A DNA stretch of 64,000 nt from an uncultured bacterium (GCA_963749495.1 CAVVMW010000006.1:192001-256000); one strand, 5' to 3'. Counted from the stretch's first letter, positions 31,213 to 41,746 are shown. Notes: generated by a model not told the origin, from the sequence alone. Translations and numbers: made by a program.

Positions 31213-31971
31213 ATGTTAGGCTGGCTCACCCCAAGGGTGTTCCTGGGCCCGGCGCAGCGCCGGTTGGGGACTCGGGGCGTGCTGGTCTTTGCGTATCACA
31301 AGCTGGCCCCGCCCCCGCCGGCGTCCACTGACCCGTTTCTCTATCTGGCCCCGGACCGGTTCGAGGCGCAACTGGCTGCGTTGGAGCGGGACGGCTGGAC
31401 CTGCGCCACGCTGGCCGAGGCCCTCGCGACCGGGAGCAATGCGGCGCGCACGGTGGCGCTCACCTTCGATGACGGCGCCGCCAGCGTGTTGGAGCATGGG
31501 CTTGAGGCCCTGGCGCGGCACCGGTGCCGCGCCATCCAGTTCCTGGTCCCGGGCTTTCTGGGAGGCCGCAACGAGTGGGACGTGGCCAAGGGCGACGTGC
31601 CCGAAAGACTCATGGATGAGGCGCAGGTCCGCGACTGGCTGGCGGCGGGACATGACATCGGCTCGCACTCCATGACCCATCGCAACCTGCGGCACCTGGG
31701 ACCGGCCCAGGCGCGCCAGGAGATCGCCGGGAGCAAGAAGGCCCTCGAAGATCGCTTCGGCCTCGCTATCGAGCATTTCTGCTACCCGTACGGGTCCTGG
31801 AATCAAGCGGTGCGCAACCTGGCAGCCGAGGCCGGTTACCGAACCGCCTCCACCCTGCGCTTCGGTGTCAACACCCCGGAAACCCCCAGGCTCGAACTGA
31901 GGCGCATCTTTGCCCTCTCCACGCTCGACCTGCTCGCCAAGGCCCGCCACCGCTTGGCCAGGCGCGTTTAG
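31213..31971 (+). CDS. Polysaccharide deacetylase (NodB domain)
   Basis: YHK, LTFDDG, IGSHSMTH, FCYPYG. Confidence 0.92.
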   Translation: MLGWLTPRVFLGPAQRRLGTRGVLVFAYHKLAPPPPASTDPFLYLAPDRFEAQLAALERDGWTCATLAEALATGSNAARTVALTFDDGAASVLEHGLEALARHRCRAIQFLVPGFLGGRNEWDVAKGDVPERLMDEAQVRDWLAAGHDIGSHSMTHRNLRHLGPAQARQEIAGSKKALEDRFGLAIEHFCYPYGSWNQAVRNLAAEAGYRTASTLRFGVNTPETPRLELRRIFALSTLDLLAKARHRLARRV

Positions 31972-32069
31972 TCCACAGTCCAGAGTTCACAGTCCAGAGT
32001 CCGGCAAGCGCGGCAGGAACACGCGTCCGGTGAGAAGACTGTGGACTGTGGACTCTGGACTGTGGACTT
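31971..32069. repeat. Inverted heptamer arrays (GTCCACA/GTCCAGA vs TGTGGAC) between convergent genes
   Basis: ~4 units at 31971-32002 and ~4 reverse units at 32040-32068. Confidence 0.85.
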
Positions 32070-32694
32070 ACCGGACGGCTTGCCGGTTTCGCCAGAGCAG
32101 GTAAAGCACCGTGCCCAGGCACAGGGCCATGACGGCGAAGGCCAGGACCAACGCAAGCGTTTTCAGATAGTTTGCCTTGCGAATCGTCAGGGCCGTCCGT
32201 TGCCGTTCCGATTCGATGAAAACCGCGAACTCCTTGTCGGCCGAGATGACCGTGTCCAGGTCGTCTCTGAGCTTGAGGGTGAGCCAGGAGGGAGATGCCG
32301 CACCCGCGCGCCAGCCTGCCGGGAGCTTCTGCAGGGCCTCGGCCTCGGCCCTGGCCAGCCCGCAATGGTTCCAAAAGGGCGCTTGCTCCTGCGTCCAGAG
32401 ACGCATCAGGCCCTGGTTCAACGCCACGGCCTGAATCCGGTCCCACAACATTGGCCGCAGAAGGTCCGCCAGCGAGAAATCCGTGAACCCCTCGCTGTGC
32501 ACCAAACCCTGTTGCTGTGCCACGGCCAGCCCAACGGCCCCGAGCAAGACCCCCTGCGCGCTCTCGGCCACCTGGAACTCCGTGATCCGCCGGGCCAGGT
32601 CTTCCACGGCGAAATTCATCGAGGCCCACAACCCCGCCAACTGGCGGAGGTCGTCCAACGTGGCGCGCCGCACGCGATAATCGGGCGAGCTCAT
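32068..32694 (-). CDS. GNAT-like protein with C-terminal membrane anchor
   Basis: YRVRRATLDDL start, FQVAES..LLGAVG, FWNHCG; hydrophobic C-terminus. Confidence 0.7.
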   Translation of the reverse strand: MSSPDYRVRRATLDDLRQLAGLWASMNFAVEDLARRITEFQVAESAQGVLLGAVGLAVAQQQGLVHSEGFTDFSLADLLRPMLWDRIQAVALNQGLMRLWTQEQAPFWNHCGLARAEAEALQKLPAGWRAGAASPSWLTLKLRDDLDTVISADKEFAVFIESERQRTALTIRKANYLKTLALVLAFAVMALCLGTVLYLLWRNRQAVR

Positions 32695-32779
32695 CCGGCC
32701 CAATGTAGGAGCCGCCGCACCGCTTTGAAAGCCAGAAATAGTTTGCGGCTGCGCCGCACTGAGGCATTGTAAAGCCAAA

Positions 32780-33625
32780 ATGAACAAACAGCGGAACCGG
32801 GCCAGGAATTGGGTCACGCTGTTGTTGGCAATTCTCCTGGGTTTTTTCATGTTGCGCTACTTCGAGCACAGCCAGGTCTATCATCCGGAACGAACCCTGA
32901 GCGCGAGCGGCGCCGAGCTGGGCCGGCCGTTCCAGAACGTGTCGTTCACCGCGAGCGACGGAGTGGAGTTGCACGGCTGGTTTTATCCGGGCGATACGAA
33001 CTTGCCTCGAGCGCGCCTGGCGGTTTTGGTTTGTCACGGCAATGCCGGCAACATTTGCCATCGGCTCGGGCTTTGCCAGGGGTTGCTGGCGGCCGGCGTC
33101 AGCGTCTTTGTGTTCGACTACCGCGGCTACGGCCGGAGCGAGGGCCGGCCCTCCGAAGAGGGCACCTACCGCGATGCGCAGGCGGCGCGGCAGTGGCTGG
33201 CGGACAGGGGGTTCCCCGGCGGGCAGGTCATCGCCTTCGGCGAATCGCTGGGCGGAGGCGTGGCCAGCGAGTTGGCCCTGCGCGAGCCTTTGGGCGGGTT
33301 GGTGCTCCAGAGCACCTTCACCAGCATCCCGGACCTGGGTGCCGAGTTGTTTCCGTGGCTGCCTGTCCGCTGGCTGGCGACCATCCGCTACGATACCCGT
33401 GCCAAACTCCCGCGCATCAAGGTGCCCGTCCTGGTCATGCACAGCCGCGACGACGAATTGGTCGGGTTCCGTCACGCCCAAACCAATTTCGCCGCCGCCA
33501 ACCCGCCCAAGCTCTTCTGCGAACTCAAGGGCACCCACAACGACCCGCTCGGGGACCGCCGGCAGTTCCTCCGCGGCCTCGAGCAATTCCTGCCGATGGT
33601 GGAAGGCAGCGCGGCCAAGCCCTGA
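32780..33625 (+). CDS. Alpha/beta hydrolase (ABHD13/Bem46-like)
   Basis: HGNAGNI, DYRGYGRSEG, GESLGG, HSRDDE, GTHND. Confidence 0.92.
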   Translation: MNKQRNRARNWVTLLLAILLGFFMLRYFEHSQVYHPERTLSASGAELGRPFQNVSFTASDGVELHGWFYPGDTNLPRARLAVLVCHGNAGNICHRLGLCQGLLAAGVSVFVFDYRGYGRSEGRPSEEGTYRDAQAARQWLADRGFPGGQVIAFGESLGGGVASELALREPLGGLVLQSTFTSIPDLGAELFPWLPVRWLATIRYDTRAKLPRIKVPVLVMHSRDDELVGFRHAQTNFAAANPPKLFCELKGTHNDPLGDRRQFLRGLEQFLPMVEGSAAKP

Positions 33626-33643
33626 GGCGCGACGAGCGGGGAC

Positions 33644-33721
33644 CTTCGTCGCAGCCTTTGCCGCGAACTTTGTCGGGCTGGCGATGCATCAACAAAGGCG
33701 GCGACAAAGGTCGCGACAAAG
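33644..33721. repeat. 12-nt-period inverted tandem repeat (CTTTGTCG/CGACAAAG)
   Basis: 3 + 3 partly degenerate units. Confidence 0.85.
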
Positions 33722-33746
33722 GTCCCGCCTCGGAGCTTGCCCGTTA

Positions 33747-33906
33747 GGAGCCGTCAAGAAATAAAGGTGGCAAGATGCCGCAGGGATTTTGGCGGCTGGC
33801 AAGGCGCGAGCGAGGCGCATATCCGCATGGATCTGTAACGAGCGAGCAACGCAGCCCGCAGCCAAAAGAACAAGGCAGGTTGCCACCTTTATTTCTTGAC
33901 GGCTCC
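33747..33906. mobile_element. 160-bp MITE with perfect 27-bp terminal inverted repeats and TTA target duplication
   Basis: TTA|GGAGCCGTCAAGAAATAAAGGTGGCAA ... TTGCCACCTTTATTTCTTGACGGCTCC|TTA. Confidence 0.85.
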
Positions 33907-33961
33907 TTAATCTTGCCAGCCGCCCCAAATGCCCGTCTGGGCGGGGCCATTCGGGCGCTGC

Positions 33962-34306
33962 TCAGCCCGGGGGCCAGCTCATGTTGCGCCCGCCCAGGAT
34001 ATGGCAGTGCAGGTGCGGCACCGCCTCGCCCGCCGCCGGCCCGTTGTTGAACACCAGCCGAAAGCCCGGCCCGCTCAGCCCCAGCTTGTTGGCCACCTCG
34101 GCCGCCTTGAGCAACAAGTAGCCCAGGATTTGCTCGTCCTCCGCCTTGGCCTCGGCGATGCGCGGAATCGGCTTCCGGGGGACGATCAGCACGTGGACCG
34201 GCGCCTGCGGCTTGATGTCACGAAAGGCCACAACCAGGTCGTCTTCATACACAATCGTCGCCGGGACCTCGCGGGCGGCGATTCTCTCGAACAGGGTCTT
34301 GCTCAT
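33962..34306 (-). CDS. HIT family (HinT) nucleotide-binding protein
   Basis: AFRDIKPQAPVHVLIVP; HLHCHILGGR. Confidence 0.95.
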   Translation of the reverse strand: MSKTLFERIAAREVPATIVYEDDLVVAFRDIKPQAPVHVLIVPRKPIPRIAEAKAEDEQILGYLLLKAAEVANKLGLSGPGFRLVFNNGPAAGEAVPHLHCHILGGRNMSWPPG

Positions 34307-35850
34307 AAATCTGTTTTCGTGTTCAGCCGGCTGCGGCGGAATCCATAGAGAAAATAGAGGATCAGCCCGGCGGCCATCCAGCCGAAGAAGCGGATCCAGG
34401 TCACCAGCGGCAGTTCGCACATGAGGTAGCCGCAGCAGGCGATGGCGCCCAGGGGCACCCAGGGCACCAGCGGGGTGCGAAAGGGGCGCGGCCGGTCCGG
34501 GTCAATGTAGCGCAAGAAAATGATGCCCAGGGCCACGAGGGCAAAGGCGAAGAGGGTGCCGATGTTGGTCAGTTCCACCAGTTCATCGATGTTGAAGACG
34601 GCGGCGCAGGCGGCGACGAGGACGCCGGTGATGATGGTGGTGACGTGCGGGGTACGAAAGCGGGGATGGATCCGCGCCGCCCACGCGGGCAGCAGCCCGT
34701 CACGGCCCATCGAAAAAAAGATGCGCGGCTGGCCCGCCTGGTAAGGCACCAGGGCCGAAGTCGTGGCGATGACGGCCCCGGCGGCGATAACGACGGCGGT
34801 CCACGTCATCCCCAGGGAGGAGAAGACGCGCGCCAGGGGTTCCTCGTTGCCCAGGGTGTCCCACTTGGCCATGCCGGTCAGAACGGCAGCAACGGCCACA
34901 TAAACCACCGTGCAGATCACCAGGCTGGCCAGGATGCCCGTGGGCATGTCCCGCTGCGGGTTTCGCGTCTCTTCCGCCGCCGTCGTGATCGCGTCGAACC
35001 CGATATAGGCGAAGAAGATGATGGCGGCCGCGCCGGAGATGCCCTTCAGCCCGTTGGGCGCGAATGGCGTCCAGTTCTCCGGGCGGACGTAGCAGGCCCC
35101 GAGCACGATGAAAAACAGCAGGATGCCCAGCTTGATCACCACCAGCGCCGTGTTGAACCGCGCCGTCTCGCGGATGCCGACCAGCACAACCCAGGTCACC
35201 AGGGCAACAATGCAGAAGGCGGGCAGGTTGAAGAGGATCGGCACGCCCAGGAACCGGGGCGCCGCGTTGAAAATCCGGGCATTATCGAGCACCGCCTGGC
35301 CCAGTGCCGCCAGGTCGCGGTGCGCCGCCTGGGCATGGGCCACCTGGCCCGCCGCCCGCGCCGTCGAGGTGATATCCGTGCCCAGCCAGGCCGGCAACTG
35401 GAAATGGAAGGCCTCCTGGAGCAGGCCCTGGAAGTAGCCCGACCACGCGGTCGCCACGGCGGCGTTGCTGATCGCGTATTCGAGGATCAGGTCCCACCCG
35501 ATAATCCATGCCACCAACTCTCCCAGCGTGACATACGCGTAGGTGTAAGCGGAGCCGGAGACCGGGACCATCGCGGCGAACTCCGCATAACACAAGGCCG
35601 CAAAACCGCAGGCAACCGCGACCATCAGGAACGAGATGATCAGGGCCGGACCCGCGCCGGGCTGATGAAGACTGCCGGCCGCCGCCGGGCCGATGGTGGT
35701 GAAGACGCCCGCCCCGATAATCGCCCCCACCCCCAGGAGCGTGAGTTGCACCGGCCCCAGCACCCGTCGAAGCTGGTGCGGCCCCTCGGTCGTCTCACTC
35801 ACCAGCCGATCCAGCGGCTTGCGCCGGAATAGTCGAATAAGGTCAGTCAC
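34303..35850 (-). CDS. APC-family amino acid permease
   Basis: GAIIGAG, GPA, CYAEFA, GSAYTY, FAYIGFD, AEETRNP. Confidence 0.95.
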   Translation of the reverse strand: MTDLIRLFRRKPLDRLVSETTEGPHQLRRVLGPVQLTLLGVGAIIGAGVFTTIGPAAAGSLHQPGAGPALIISFLMVAVACGFAALCYAEFAAMVPVSGSAYTYAYVTLGELVAWIIGWDLILEYAISNAAVATAWSGYFQGLLQEAFHFQLPAWLGTDITSTARAAGQVAHAQAAHRDLAALGQAVLDNARIFNAAPRFLGVPILFNLPAFCIVALVTWVVLVGIRETARFNTALVVIKLGILLFFIVLGACYVRPENWTPFAPNGLKGISGAAAIIFFAYIGFDAITTAAEETRNPQRDMPTGILASLVICTVVYVAVAAVLTGMAKWDTLGNEEPLARVFSSLGMTWTAVVIAAGAVIATTSALVPYQAGQPRIFFSMGRDGLLPAWAARIHPRFRTPHVTTIITGVLVAACAAVFNIDELVELTNIGTLFAFALVALGIIFLRYIDPDRPRPFRTPLVPWVPLGAIACCGYLMCELPLVTWIRFFGWMAAGLILYFLYGFRRSRLNTKTDL

Positions 35851-35894
35851 GGTCGTGAAAAACGCTGATCGAGATGCTTAGAGGCGGTCGCGGA

Positions 35895-35978
35895 ATTAAC
35901 CGCAAAGAACGCAAAGATCGCAAAGAAACGCCCTCATTCCAGGCTCTCTGTGTTCTCTGCGATCTCTGCGGTTAATTT
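35895..35978. repeat. 9-nt-period inverted repeat (CGCAAAGAA / CTCTGCG)
   Basis: ATTAACCGCAAAGAACGCAAAG ... CTCTGCGGTTAAT; second copy 58505-58589. Confidence 0.85.
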
Positions 35979-36221
35979 CGCCACCGCCTCCTAATCTTGG
36001 CCCTGCTTCCACCCGGCGCAAGTCTAAACCCAAACCCCCTTGCGCCGTGGGCGCTTATGTGGGCGTCCGGATAAGGGCGCAACCGGGTTGTCGGCCGGCG
36101 AGGCCCCCTCAACTCTCCTGGCTTGCGCGGGGAGCGCCTTATGGAGCGCGGCGGCAAGCGGCGCCGGGCGCATCTTGAGGCTACCACCACGGACGAGCGA
36201 GGCGCGGGTCACTAGCGCAAC

Positions 36222-36548
36222 AGCCCGAAGGGCTTGTTATCAATCAGCCCAGGGTTGCGCGGAACGCGCTACCCTGGGTGTCGGGCCACCAAATCCTGGA
36301 AACCCTGAAGGGGTTTCATCAGCGATGCAACCCTCTCCATGAAGCCGTGAGGAGGCCCGCGAGGTTTTGGACTGCCGCAGTCCAAAACCTTCGGAGTTGG
36401 TGTCGGTTCCTGGGGAGGCCGGAACCCTGCCCAGGGACCTCGGTCCTGTTGCGCCCATGCAGGGCGCAGGAATTTCTGTGCCGGTAACCTGGGCCTCCGC
36501 TCGCAAGCTCGCTCCAGCCCAGGCTGTCACATTTCGGGCCTTCAGCCC
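36222..36548. repeat. Cluster of REP-like elements
   Basis: AGCCCGAAGGGCT..CAGCCCAGGGTTGCGCGG..CGCGCTACCCTGGGT matches 47733-47790 inverted; GGTTTTGGACTG..CAGTCCAAAAC palindrome also at ~54192. Confidence 0.75.
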
Positions 36549-36626
36549 GAGGAAGAGCGGAGTCCGGGGGCAGTCCGGATACAGCCTTGCGCCGTGGCAG
36601 GATTCGTGCTTTTGTCCCTTTTGACT

Positions 36627-37005
36627 ATGGACCCGGATTGGGAGCGGTTGGCCGCACTGGCGGAGGAGGAGGTCGAGGCGACGCTCTCGGACCTGCCGGC
36701 GCCGCTGCAGGCGCGGGCGCGTGCGGTGCCGGTGACCTTGGAACGGCGGCCCAATGCGGCCCAGCGCCGCGACGGCATCGAGCCGGACACCCTGGGCCTG
36801 TTCGTCGGCCCGGATTTCGGCGGCGAGCCCCTCCGCTGCCCTGCCGCTGCCGCCCCAAATTATCCTCTTCCTGGAGAACCTCTGGGACCAGGCCGAAGGG
36901 GACGAGGACCTCTTCTGCGACGAGGTCCACACCACCTGCCTGCACGAACTGGGCCACTACCTGGGACTAGACGAAGACGACCTGTGCGAGCGCGGACTGG
37001 AATAG
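36627..37005 (+). CDS. Zincin-like metallopeptidase (Zincin_1); frameshift ~36825
   Basis: DTLGLF, LPPQIILF, HELGHYLGLDE. Confidence 0.85.
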
Positions 37006-37014
37006 GAGGGCGGA

Positions 37015-37190
37015 CCCCTCACCCCGGCCCTCTCCCCACCCGCTGCGACGGCGCGACAGCGCGGCGAGTCGGATGGGGAGAGGGGGAGTTCTCGGCAGCG
37101 GCTCGAAGAAGCGGAGGCGCCTGAAGGTTCAAGAGACTGCGGACGCTTCTCCCTCTCCCCTTCGGAAGGGGAGAGGGCCGGGGTGAGGGG
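37015..37190. repeat. REP-like CCCCTCACCCCGGCCCTCTCCCC inverted repeat
   Basis: Pairs with GGGGAGAGGGCCGGGGTGAGGGG at ~37168-37190. Confidence 0.8.
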
Positions 37191-37326
37191 TTTCCCCGGG
37201 GAGCCGCTCCCGCCTCCACTGGGGCCTTGCTCCGAACAGGATTTTCCCCTTTTATTCGCCGGGCCGGCATGTTAGGGTTATGGCAGTCATTAACAGAAAA
37301 GAAAGAGAACTGATAGACACACTGAA

Positions 37327-38625
37327 TTGAAAGCACTCATCGAGACCCGGAACCGGCGGACTGAACGAGTTTTCCTCGTTGGAGTCGAACTGAAATCCCG
37401 AACCGGGTGGGAGATTCGCGATTCACTGGAGGAACTCTCCGAACTGGCCACAACCGCCGGGGCCGAGGTCGTCGGCGACGGCCTTCAAAGAATGGCCGCC
37501 CCGTGCGCCACCACCTACATCGGCAAGGGCAAGGCCGATGAGTTTGCCGCGCACTGCCGTTCTGCCGAGGTCGATACGGTCATCTTCGACGACGAGTTGA
37601 GCCCGGCGCAGAGCCGGAACCTGGAGAAGGTCTTCAACTGCAAAGTCCTGGATCGGACCTCGCTCATCCTGGACATTTTCGCCCAGCGCGCCCGGACGCG
37701 GGAGGGCCAATTGCAGATCGAGTTGGCCCAACTCCAGCACCTGCTCCCGCGCCTGACGGGTTTCTGGGGCCACTTGTCGCGCCAAAAGGGCGGCATCGGC
37801 ATGCGCGGCGGCGAGGGTGAAATGCAGTTGGAAACCGACCGCCGCCGGGTGCAGGACCGCATCGCCCGGATAGAGCGGCAGCTCGAGGCCGTGCGCCGCC
37901 AGCGGACCACACAGCGCAACGCCCGCCAGCGCAATCATTTCGCCCTGGCCTCGATCGTCGGCTACACCAACGCCGGCAAGTCCACCTTGTTCAATACCCT
38001 GACCGGCGCGGAGGTCCTGGCCGAAAACAAATTGTTCGCCACGCTGGACCCAACCACCCGGCGCCTGCGCCTGCCCACAAACCAGAACGTGCTCGTGACC
38101 AACACTGTCGGGTTCATCCGCAAACTCCCCCACGGCCTGGTCGAGGCCTTCAAGGCCACCCTCGAGGAGGTCGCCCAGGCCGACATCCTCTTGCACGTGG
38201 TGGATGTCAGCCACCCGCAGGCCGAAGAGCAGATCCGCTCGGCCGACGCCGTGCTGGGCGAGATCGGCGCCCAAGGCAAACCGACGATCATGGTCTTCAA
38301 CAAGATCGACCAACTCAACGGCAGCCGGGACGTGCCCACCCGCTTCCAGGAGCATTACCCGCATGGCGTCGCCGTCTCCGCCGTCACCGGTGAGGGCAGG
38401 ATGGCCCTGCTCTCCGAGTTGGGAAGCCAGTTGCGCCCCATCCGCGAGTTCCTCGAGCTCTCAGTCCCCCACGACCAGCCCGGCGTAATCGCCCGCCTCC
38501 ACGAGGTGGGCCAGGTGGTCGAGCGCCATTACGATGGCCGGACCGCCCGGTTCAAGGCGCGCATCCCCCCGCACCTCCACGGGGAGTTCGCGCCGTTCTT
38601 TGTGCGCGAGTTGCAGACCGCCTGA
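37327..38625 (+). CDS. hflX: GTPase HflX
   Basis: LILDIFAQRA, LETDRR, GYTNAGKST, LFATLDPT, NKID. Confidence 0.97.
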   Translation: MKALIETRNRRTERVFLVGVELKSRTGWEIRDSLEELSELATTAGAEVVGDGLQRMAAPCATTYIGKGKADEFAAHCRSAEVDTVIFDDELSPAQSRNLEKVFNCKVLDRTSLILDIFAQRARTREGQLQIELAQLQHLLPRLTGFWGHLSRQKGGIGMRGGEGEMQLETDRRRVQDRIARIERQLEAVRRQRTTQRNARQRNHFALASIVGYTNAGKSTLFNTLTGAEVLAENKLFATLDPTTRRLRLPTNQNVLVTNTVGFIRKLPHGLVEAFKATLEEVAQADILLHVVDVSHPQAEEQIRSADAVLGEIGAQGKPTIMVFNKIDQLNGSRDVPTRFQEHYPHGVAVSAVTGEGRMALLSELGSQLRPIREFLELSVPHDQPGVIARLHEVGQVVERHYDGRTARFKARIPPHLHGEFAPFFVRELQTA

Positions 38626-38633
38626 ATGGGCGC

Positions 38634-39347
38634 ATGAACGGCCTGCGCATCAAGGACCAGCCTGCCAGCGAACGGCCACGCGAGCGGTTGGCGGCCAAGG
38701 GGCCCGAGGCCCTCAGCCATGCCGAGTTGATTGCCATCCTCTTGCGGACCGGCCTCAAGGGCGCCAGCGCGGTGGACATCGGCAAGCTCCTGGTCAACAA
38801 ATACGGCTCGCTCCACTCTCTGGCCCGCGCCTCGCTGGACGACCTCCAGACCATCAAAGGCATCGGCCCCGACAAGGCGGTGACCCTGGTTGCCGCCTTC
38901 ACCCTGGCGCGCGCGATGGCCGAGGAACTGCGCGAGGAGGCCCCGCTCCTGGACACCCCGGAGGCCGTCGCCAACGTCCTGCGCGAGGACAACCGCCTGC
39001 GCCAGGTCGAGACCTTCCAGATCCTCCTGGTCAACACCCGCCGCAGGCTCATCCGCGTCGAGGCCCTCTCCCAGGGCACACTCGACACACTCCTGGTCCA
39101 CCCGCGCGATGTTTTCAAATCCGCCATCGCCGCCGGCGCCGCCGCCGTGGTCCTCGTTCACAACCATCCCAGCGGCAACCCAACCCCCTCGGAGGCCAAT
39201 ATCGCCGTCACGCGCAACCTCATCCGCGCCGGCCAACTCCTCAAGATCAATGTCCTGGACCACATCGTCCTCGGACGCGCCACCCAGGAGCGCGCCCGCA
39301 ACTTTGTCTCCCTCCGGGAACTGGGCTACTTCGCAGGCTCCTCCTAG
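38634..39347 (+). CDS. radC: RadC/JAB-domain protein (UPF0758)
   Basis: ERPRERL, ELIAILLRTG, GIG..KA, VHPRDVF, HNHPSG, LDHIV. Confidence 0.95.
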   Translation: MNGLRIKDQPASERPRERLAAKGPEALSHAELIAILLRTGLKGASAVDIGKLLVNKYGSLHSLARASLDDLQTIKGIGPDKAVTLVAAFTLARAMAEELREEAPLLDTPEAVANVLREDNRLRQVETFQILLVNTRRRLIRVEALSQGTLDTLLVHPRDVFKSAIAAGAAAVVLVHNHPSGNPTPSEANIAVTRNLIRAGQLLKINVLDHIVLGRATQERARNFVSLRELGYFAGSS

Positions 39348-39457
39348 CGAGGCTGGGCCTCAGACCGTGGCTCGGGCATCCTGCCCAAGCCCTCACGGGC
39401 ACGATGCCCGTGCCACAAACTTGACCTGTCTGCATCACGTTTTGAAATTCAAGGACT

Positions 39458-40423
39458 CTAGGGGTTCCACACGATGCGGTAGAACCGAACGCTGCCGCTT
39501 GAGCGGGGCGGGTTCTCATCTACGTACATCCCGTACGCGCCCGTCCTGCCCAAGCCCGTGGAGTTCTTGAAGGTGACGCTGTCCGAAACCTGCAGGGCGT
39601 CGTGAATAGGGCCGCTGAAGAAAAACAGGAATTGGCCGGTGGGCAGCACTCTGGGTCCCCACAGCAGCGGGTACTGGTTGCTCACCCAAACCCTGACCGG
39701 CGGTGATGACATGACGTTCCCCTGCCGGTCAATGGCCTTGGCCACCAGATTGTACGGACCCTCGGCCAACCCCGGGTCAGGGAGCCAATAGAATGCCCCC
39801 AGGGGCGGATTGGTTACCGTCCCGATGAGGTTCGTGTTGGCGAAATACTGAATCATCGCGGTCGAGCCCGGCTCGGCAACGGAGGCCAGCAGCCGGTAAG
39901 CGATATAGGGAGGAAATATATGGCCTTGCGATGGCGCGTTGAGCGTGACCGGCGGGGGGGCGTTCGTCCAACCTCTGACGGTAACCGTCCCGGCAACATC
40001 CCCAGCCGGGCCGGGGGTGGTTTTATAGGCGTAAAAACCGGAGTTGGTGAAGGCAAATGCGAAGGCAGATCCCCCGAAGACCGGTGGAGTTCCCCACTCA
40101 CCATCGTAGCTGCGAATATAAATCGCCCCCCCGTAGAAGTTGGTCCACACGACCGTGTCGCCCACGTTGACGGTGAGGTCCTGCTGCATGACCGGGCCAG
40201 TGCCAGGGTAAACGAGGTTGGTGACCATCGCAGCCGCGCCACGCTCGGCGGCACCCAGCAGGGCCAAGAGCAGGCACAGCAAGCCGAGAGGGCCGATGGC
40301 GGCAGGCCCCCGCGGGCGTGGAACCGGCCCGTACCGCGGGGCAGGCGCGATTACCTTGGTGCTCGCTTCCCCGCCGGCCACGTTCCCGCCCGGCCGCTCC
40401 GAGCAACATTCCGTGCAGTTCAT
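39458..40423 (-). CDS. Cassette partner B4: signal peptide, cupredoxin-like, Ig-like, C-terminal RFY domain
   Basis: VNVGDTVVWTN..FAFTNSGFYAY..GTVTV; PPPVTLNAP..YNLVAKAIDRQG..SPPVRV; YVDE..RFYR. Confidence 0.85.
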   Translation of the reverse strand: MNCTECCSERPGGNVAGGEASTKVIAPAPRYGPVPRPRGPAAIGPLGLLCLLLALLGAAERGAAAMVTNLVYPGTGPVMQQDLTVNVGDTVVWTNFYGGAIYIRSYDGEWGTPPVFGGSAFAFAFTNSGFYAYKTTPGPAGDVAGTVTVRGWTNAPPPVTLNAPSQGHIFPPYIAYRLLASVAEPGSTAMIQYFANTNLIGTVTNPPLGAFYWLPDPGLAEGPYNLVAKAIDRQGNVMSSPPVRVWVSNQYPLLWGPRVLPTGQFLFFFSGPIHDALQVSDSVTFKNSTGLGRTGAYGMYVDENPPRSSGSVRFYRIVWNP

Positions 40424-40442
40424 AAATCACGTCATGCTCAGC

Positions 40443-40600
40443 CTAATAAGCCACCTTTTGGATGTAAACATCCATGAAATAATTCGTACCCTTGGGCGGG
40501 CAATCGAAAAAGGGTCAGCCATGTTATGGGCTGCACCGGATTGCTCCAGTTAGCGCCGTTATTTGTAGAGCACATGACGAACGTGTTCAGGTTGCCCGTG
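40443..40600 (-). pseudogene. Orphan C-terminal tip 3 of the large propeller protein (internally deleted)
   Basis: TGNLNTFVMCSTNNGANWSNPVQ joined out of frame to DCPPKGTNYFMDVYIQKVAY*; matches TNNLNTFVIYSGDSGTTWSAPVQ ... MDILVSRVKY* of the main gene. Confidence 0.8.
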
Positions 40601-40689
40601 ACCGCGGACAGCCGCGGCGATTCAAGGCAGATCTCGCAGTATTTTCATGGCACGTGATGCTCGCTTTTCCCGACCATTGATCGCCGGCC

Positions 40690-41746
40690 TCACTTTAGCC
40701 AGCCGTTCCAAAAATAAAACCGGTTCGTCACGGCGGGATAGGGAGCCGTCTCATCCACAAACACTCCGGTGGAGCCATCCGGGATGGTGATCCCCAAGCC
40801 CCACTTCGTCGAGCCGGAACCCACTGATTGCAGGCCGTCGGCCGAAAACAGTGCCGTCCCACCGACGTACCACCCGCTGAAAAACAGCAGGAACCGGCCG
40901 CCAGGCAACAGGTGTGGCCCCCAAATGCGCGGCTCGTCCTGAGACGACACCCGCACCGGTTTAGACACGGTCTCCACTCCCTGCCGATCCAGCGCATTGG
41001 CGGTGAGCAGAAACTCGCCTTGCTGCGCATTGGTCCACAGAATGCCGTAGGGCGGACTTGCGGCCGTGCCAACCAGGTTTGAATTCACGAAGTACTGGAT
41101 CCGGGCGACGTTGTCAGGGTCCGCCACCGAAGCCTGCACCAGCCGCGAACCAATTAGGCCTGGCCGCACGAACACCGCCCATGGGAAAACGGCGCCATCC
41201 ACCGGCGAGTTGATCGTGACGGCCGGGGGCGCGCCCGCCCAGTCGCTGACCGTGATGCTGCCCACGACGCTGAGCCCCACTCCGGGCGGCCACTGCAAGC
41301 CAGTCCGATAGGCATAGAACCCTGGGTTCGTGAAGGTGAACGCGAACGAGTCTCCCGGATTGGGCAGGGCGGCCCCCCATTCGCCTCCGTAGCTCTCGAC
41401 GTAATTGGTCGCCGGGGCGGCTTGTCGATTCACCCAGACGACGGTGTCCCCGGTGTTAATGGCGATGTTCTGTTGATCCCAGGGAGCATAGATGGAGGTT
41501 CCGGGCGCCGTTCTCAGGGTCAGGTAGTTTGTAATGGTCGCAGCGGGCGCAGCCCAAGACACCAGTGAGAGTCTGGAATGCCAGGCAAAGGAAGGAGGTT
41601 GCACGCGCTGTCTTGGCCTTCCATGCGTGTACCGCCCGTTCACGCCCAAACGCAGATGCGCCGCCGATGGTCGCTGTCGTCCCGCTTGTGCCCCAGGTAT
41701 GGCCGCACGGCATCCTCTCGCATGTCGGAGTATGGTGTGGTTTCAC
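40690..41746 (-). CDS. Cassette partner B3 (frameshift in signal region ~41570)
   Basis: Same three-domain layout; Ig segment almost identical to B2 at DNA level. Confidence 0.85.

Noticed and set aside
15915..31229. Long antisense ORFs (e.g. 15915-18167, 25156-27021, 28045-29619, 29679-31229)
   Set aside because: Shadow frames of GC3-rich genes with no recognisable motifs.
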